A DNA stretch of 64,000 nt from Eukaryota sp. TZLM1-RC (taxonomy: Eukaryota; Protista; Metamonada: BaSk clade): assembly GCA_040285825.1 (NCBI GenBank), contig JAUPSS010000008.1:1-64000 (forward strand), read 5' to 3'. The translations under genes were made by a program, and so were the position numbers. This document shows, in pieces, positions 60,512-64,000 of the stretch. Positions within the stretch are counted from its first letter, which is position 1; every line of letters starts with the position of its first letter. The notes beneath the pieces are model-generated. The model made no database searches. It saw only the letters and a program-made list of their open reading frames with translations, and was not told the DNA's origin.

Positions 60512-61934
60512 TTAGACTATTGGATCCACTGTCTCAACCAGAGACTCAATTCCAAGGTTATCAATTCCACGAACCTGTGATTAATTAATTCAAAACAAAC
60601 AAACTAATTTAAAATACCCAGAATCACCCCATTCTGAGCCCCAACTGTTCTGAATTTCCCAGTATTTCATTCCATTTTCTACTCCATAACCAGTGAGAGT
60701 AACTAAAATGAGAGTAAAAAGAGTTGAACAAACCCACATGTGATGTTTCTACAAACCAACCAAATCTTTTGATTTCATACTCATTAAACATAAAAACACC
60801 TGATTTGTAGTTGGCAAACGAAGGGTGCTTCTTTCCATCTTTGAGAGGCACAGCAAAAGAGACAGCTTGAGGACCATTATGATACAAGTCTTGCATGATG
60901 GCTTCTTCTGTTGCATTTCCATAATAACCACCAACAAAACCATAACTGGCAACTTTCCAGTGGTTCAAACCCTTAGTGTCACGACAGGACATATCCTTTG
61001 CTTCATATTTGTAATCTTTTTCCTCCACAATACCCTTTTCATAAGCCATTCTTCCACATTCAAAACCAAAACCCCCAGAACATCCCTGGGAGTATTGGTT
61101 ACAATCAACAACTTAGATTAATGAAGAGGAGATTGGTTCATACCATGTTGGGGAGCTAAGATGGGAAGAAACTTACCTTTGCTTTTGACGGCAATACGAG
61201 CACTCATAGCAGTAGTGAAGGCAAATGCATAACACTGGAGTGAGAGATGATGTCACACATACGGATCCACACGATGCTTGATTCCTTACTTCGGGAACAA
61301 TTCCAGGTGTATCTCTCCAAGAGAAGTTAACAGGGAGGTTTTTGGGATGGGATTCTTTGCTGTAAAACATCTTTTGGAGATCAACAGGCTTGCGATAACG
61401 AACCCACTGTCTTCCCACATTAGGAATATCAAACTGACGGCTGGAATCGACAGTGTAAGTGAGAGGTACTTGTTCAGCTGTAAAAGGTTCGTTTTCCATT
61501 TCAAAGTCTAGAGGAGGGACATAGCTTTTACGACGGGCAAACAAACAGCCGTACTGCTTGGTTACTTTATTTTCGTACCATCCTTCATAACTTTCATCGC
61601 AGAAGGACTTGATCTCTCCAGTGGTTTTATCTTCAGTGAAGTTGAAGAACCAGTAGATAGATAAAGAAGGAAGAGAAAGTCCAACACCTTGATTATAAAC
61701 CATGGTCCATTCACCTTTGTCCTGCCCATGAGTAACGATATTAGGTTCTTCTAGTTGAACCTGGATACGGTCATGAACAAGAAACGATCCTCGACAGTTT
61801 TTAACAGGGTCAGCTTGAGGAGTTGAAAGGACAAATTCCCATGGTCCAAAAGCATGTTCTGCAAAGCAAGCTACAGGATGATCAGCGAAAGACACTGATA
61901 CAAAGAGAATCACAAAAAGACAGGATGTGAGCAT
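60512..61934 (-). CDS. CTSC: Cathepsin C / dipeptidyl peptidase I, with four introns (61235-61262, 61112-61143, 60703-60733, 60575-60604)
   Basis: Signal peptide and exclusion domain (DHPVAC, WTMVYNQG). Splicing restores NQASCGS-CYAF, YSQGCSGG, GGYYG, SHVVTLTGYG, QNSWG..WG and RGIDNLGIES. Confidence 0.92.
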
Positions 61935-61949
61935 GGTTTGTGGTATATA

Positions 61950-63010
61950 CTATAGGTATAGACTATCCTGGTTTTGGGTACGATTTTTATCAATATTAAG
62001 TTTGGTTGTAACTTCTAATATAACCAAAGTTTGTCTTCCATTATCGGGCATGATAAATCCTTGGATTGGAATATTGATTGAACCAGCCAAAACAGCTCTC
62101 ATTGAAATATTTGCCCTAGTTCCAATTCCCTTTACTCTTACAATACCATTTTTCCCACTCATTGTTTTGTATAATGATGCTTTTTTCTGTGATGCATCAA
62201 CTGACCAAAAGATTTCAAATATAAGTGAAAGAATTTCTGTTAAACTTTCCATATATTTTGAAATTTGATTTGTTTATGACATGTCTCTTCCGTGATCCGA
62301 TATTTTTGCAAACTTTGACAAATCAATCGCAGAAATAGTTGAATCAGACGTCATTGCTTTATGAGTTAGACTGTTTCTTGGAAGTACAACTTATTTTGTG
62401 AAATAATATTCAATTGGCCAAGGAATTCCAATATTATGAAAAATATCTCGTGAAACTTTTCTCAAAATATCATATGCGTTTTGTGTTGTATAAACAGTTT
62501 CATCTGGACTAGTGAATCCAATAAACATAGATTTCGGTAAACCCGCTTTGTTTATTTTAATTTGATTAAAAGTTCCAGATTGTTTATTTTTGCACTTTAC
62601 ACAAACATATCCTTTTTGTGTCTTTTCTTTTAAAGTTTGAAGAGTATGATATTGTCCATTTGTTTGTTGATGTTGTAGACCAAATTGTTTACAAGATGGA
62701 CAAATACACATGAATGTTTGAGCTACAATTTTAAAAACCTCCTTCAACATCACAGGCATGTAAAATCCAACATTGAATTTTATTCTACTGTGACTTTCAC
62801 TTATCATGCATTCCTCTGTGAAATTCACTCCTGTTTTCAACTTTCTCAATGTCTACTCACAGGCTGTAAGAGACATGTAACATCATTTGACAAAGACAAT
62901 CATGATCTTCATCAATGGGCTACCTCACTTAAATACACCAACTGCTTTCACAGAACAAAGCCTCGCGACTTGATGTATCTAAGTGGATCTATCAAATGCT
63001 ACTAAGCCAT
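61950..63010 (-). pseudogene. Highly divergent N-terminal fragment of a multisubunit RNA polymerase largest subunit (RPB1/beta-prime family)
   Basis: ORFs 62391-62849 and 61950-62252 are in the same frame. HSRIKF..CICPSC, and SLYKTMSGKNGIVRVKGIGTRANISMRAVL..NIPI..MP..TL..EVTTKLNID parallels RPB1 [25 protein letters not shown]..PFNID. Confidence 0.7.
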
Positions 63011-63069
63011 TTGTAGATCGGTCTCAAAAGTTTTTCAAAAAAAATTAAAAAAAATAAAAACCTCAAAAT

Positions 63070-64000
63070 AACGTATTTATTGAATTTGCACACTTAATTA
63101 AATTAACTCAATACTAATGGGACGACTATCATTGAACCAAGATTTCCTCTACAAAATCTTGATCTGCTTGCTGTCTAGCTAAAGCTTCTCTTATTCGATT
63201 GAAAAACCGTGGTAATCTATTAATAATGGCAAATTGAATCCGTGAACGCCATAAAAATATATCAAATCTTCTCATTGTTTTTTCTTGCACCATCTTTTGG
63301 AAGTCATTCAAAAAAGTTTCTGCTTCAACTGATAATCTTCCATTTATCGAAAATGGGAAAGCAATAAAAACCAGCTGTGTATTTCTATCGACATTAGCCT
63401 CTTCAATATCTTTATCATATTTTCTATGTTTCTCTTTTGCTTTAAAATCCAGAGCAGCCACAGGATTAAGTTTTCTTCTGTGAACCAAAGTATCATTTGC
63501 AACATTACATGAGACAAAGTCAACAATAGCTTCAGAATTATCAATCCAATCACAGTATACATCACCTCTATCATCAGAACCAAAATTATTCAGAGAAAGT
63601 GTTTCCTTCAGCAGGGGCTCTTTGATACACGATATCCTTGCAGTTTGTGCCATATTGAAAACAGTGTCTCTAACAGCATCATGTAATGGGAAACGATAAG
63701 TTATCAATTTAGAGCAATTCAGAGCATGGCGCAAAGTGAGTTGAGGTGAATTCGAACAAATACATTTTTCCTTTGATAATAATTGATTAATGGGGATGTT
63801 CAAATATAATCTCATTTTTGTTACAAATGCTTCATTAGTGGCACACAATCCAAATCTTCGTGGTACAATGGTTACAAAAAGTGAAGAATCTGACGCCTTG
63901 TTTTCACAAACACCCTTTTCCAATAACAATGAGTGAAGATCTTGATTTAAAACAGCCGAGCTGCAAATATTATTATAAAGCTCTTTTTCATACATTCCAG
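63070..64000 (-). mobile_element. CRE-like family A copy (RLE end), running off the window
   Basis: Near-identical to 27687-28615, with an intact C-terminal ORF at 63129-63995. Confidence 0.9.

Overview
AT-rich eukaryotic DNA, probably from a flagellated protist: it carries CFAP44, uses the standard code and has tiny 28-32 nt GT-AG introns. Three very compact gene blocks are present. 3.4-17.4 kb holds CFAP44, IRE1, PDCD2, an RRM protein and a 3-ketoacyl-CoA synthase. 49-53 kb holds a TPR/Mlp-like nucleoporin and DTD1. 59-62 kb holds a ComEC-type metallo-beta-lactamase and cathepsin C. Between them lie dense transposon nests. The largest nest is a 16.7-kb Ty3/Gypsy composite (18222-34886, TAAA TSD, three LTRs). 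It has an extra ORF upstream of gag and contains a CRE-like RLE non-LTR element, which is itself interrupted by a second non-LTR family; both insertions have TSDs. Also present are a 1.1-kb gag-only LTR element, an intact MULE, a Mutator-type MITE, an IS630/Tc1 remnant, two tRNA-Leu(CAA) genes in a segmental duplication, and satellites. The most notable observations are an IRE1 whose luminal domain is an S28 peptidase-like fold, two decayed Fanzor1 (TnpB-like RNA-guided nuclease) genes that the ORF track misses, and a highly divergent, possibly viral, RNA polymerase largest-subunit relic. All calls come from reading motifs by eye; no searches were run.
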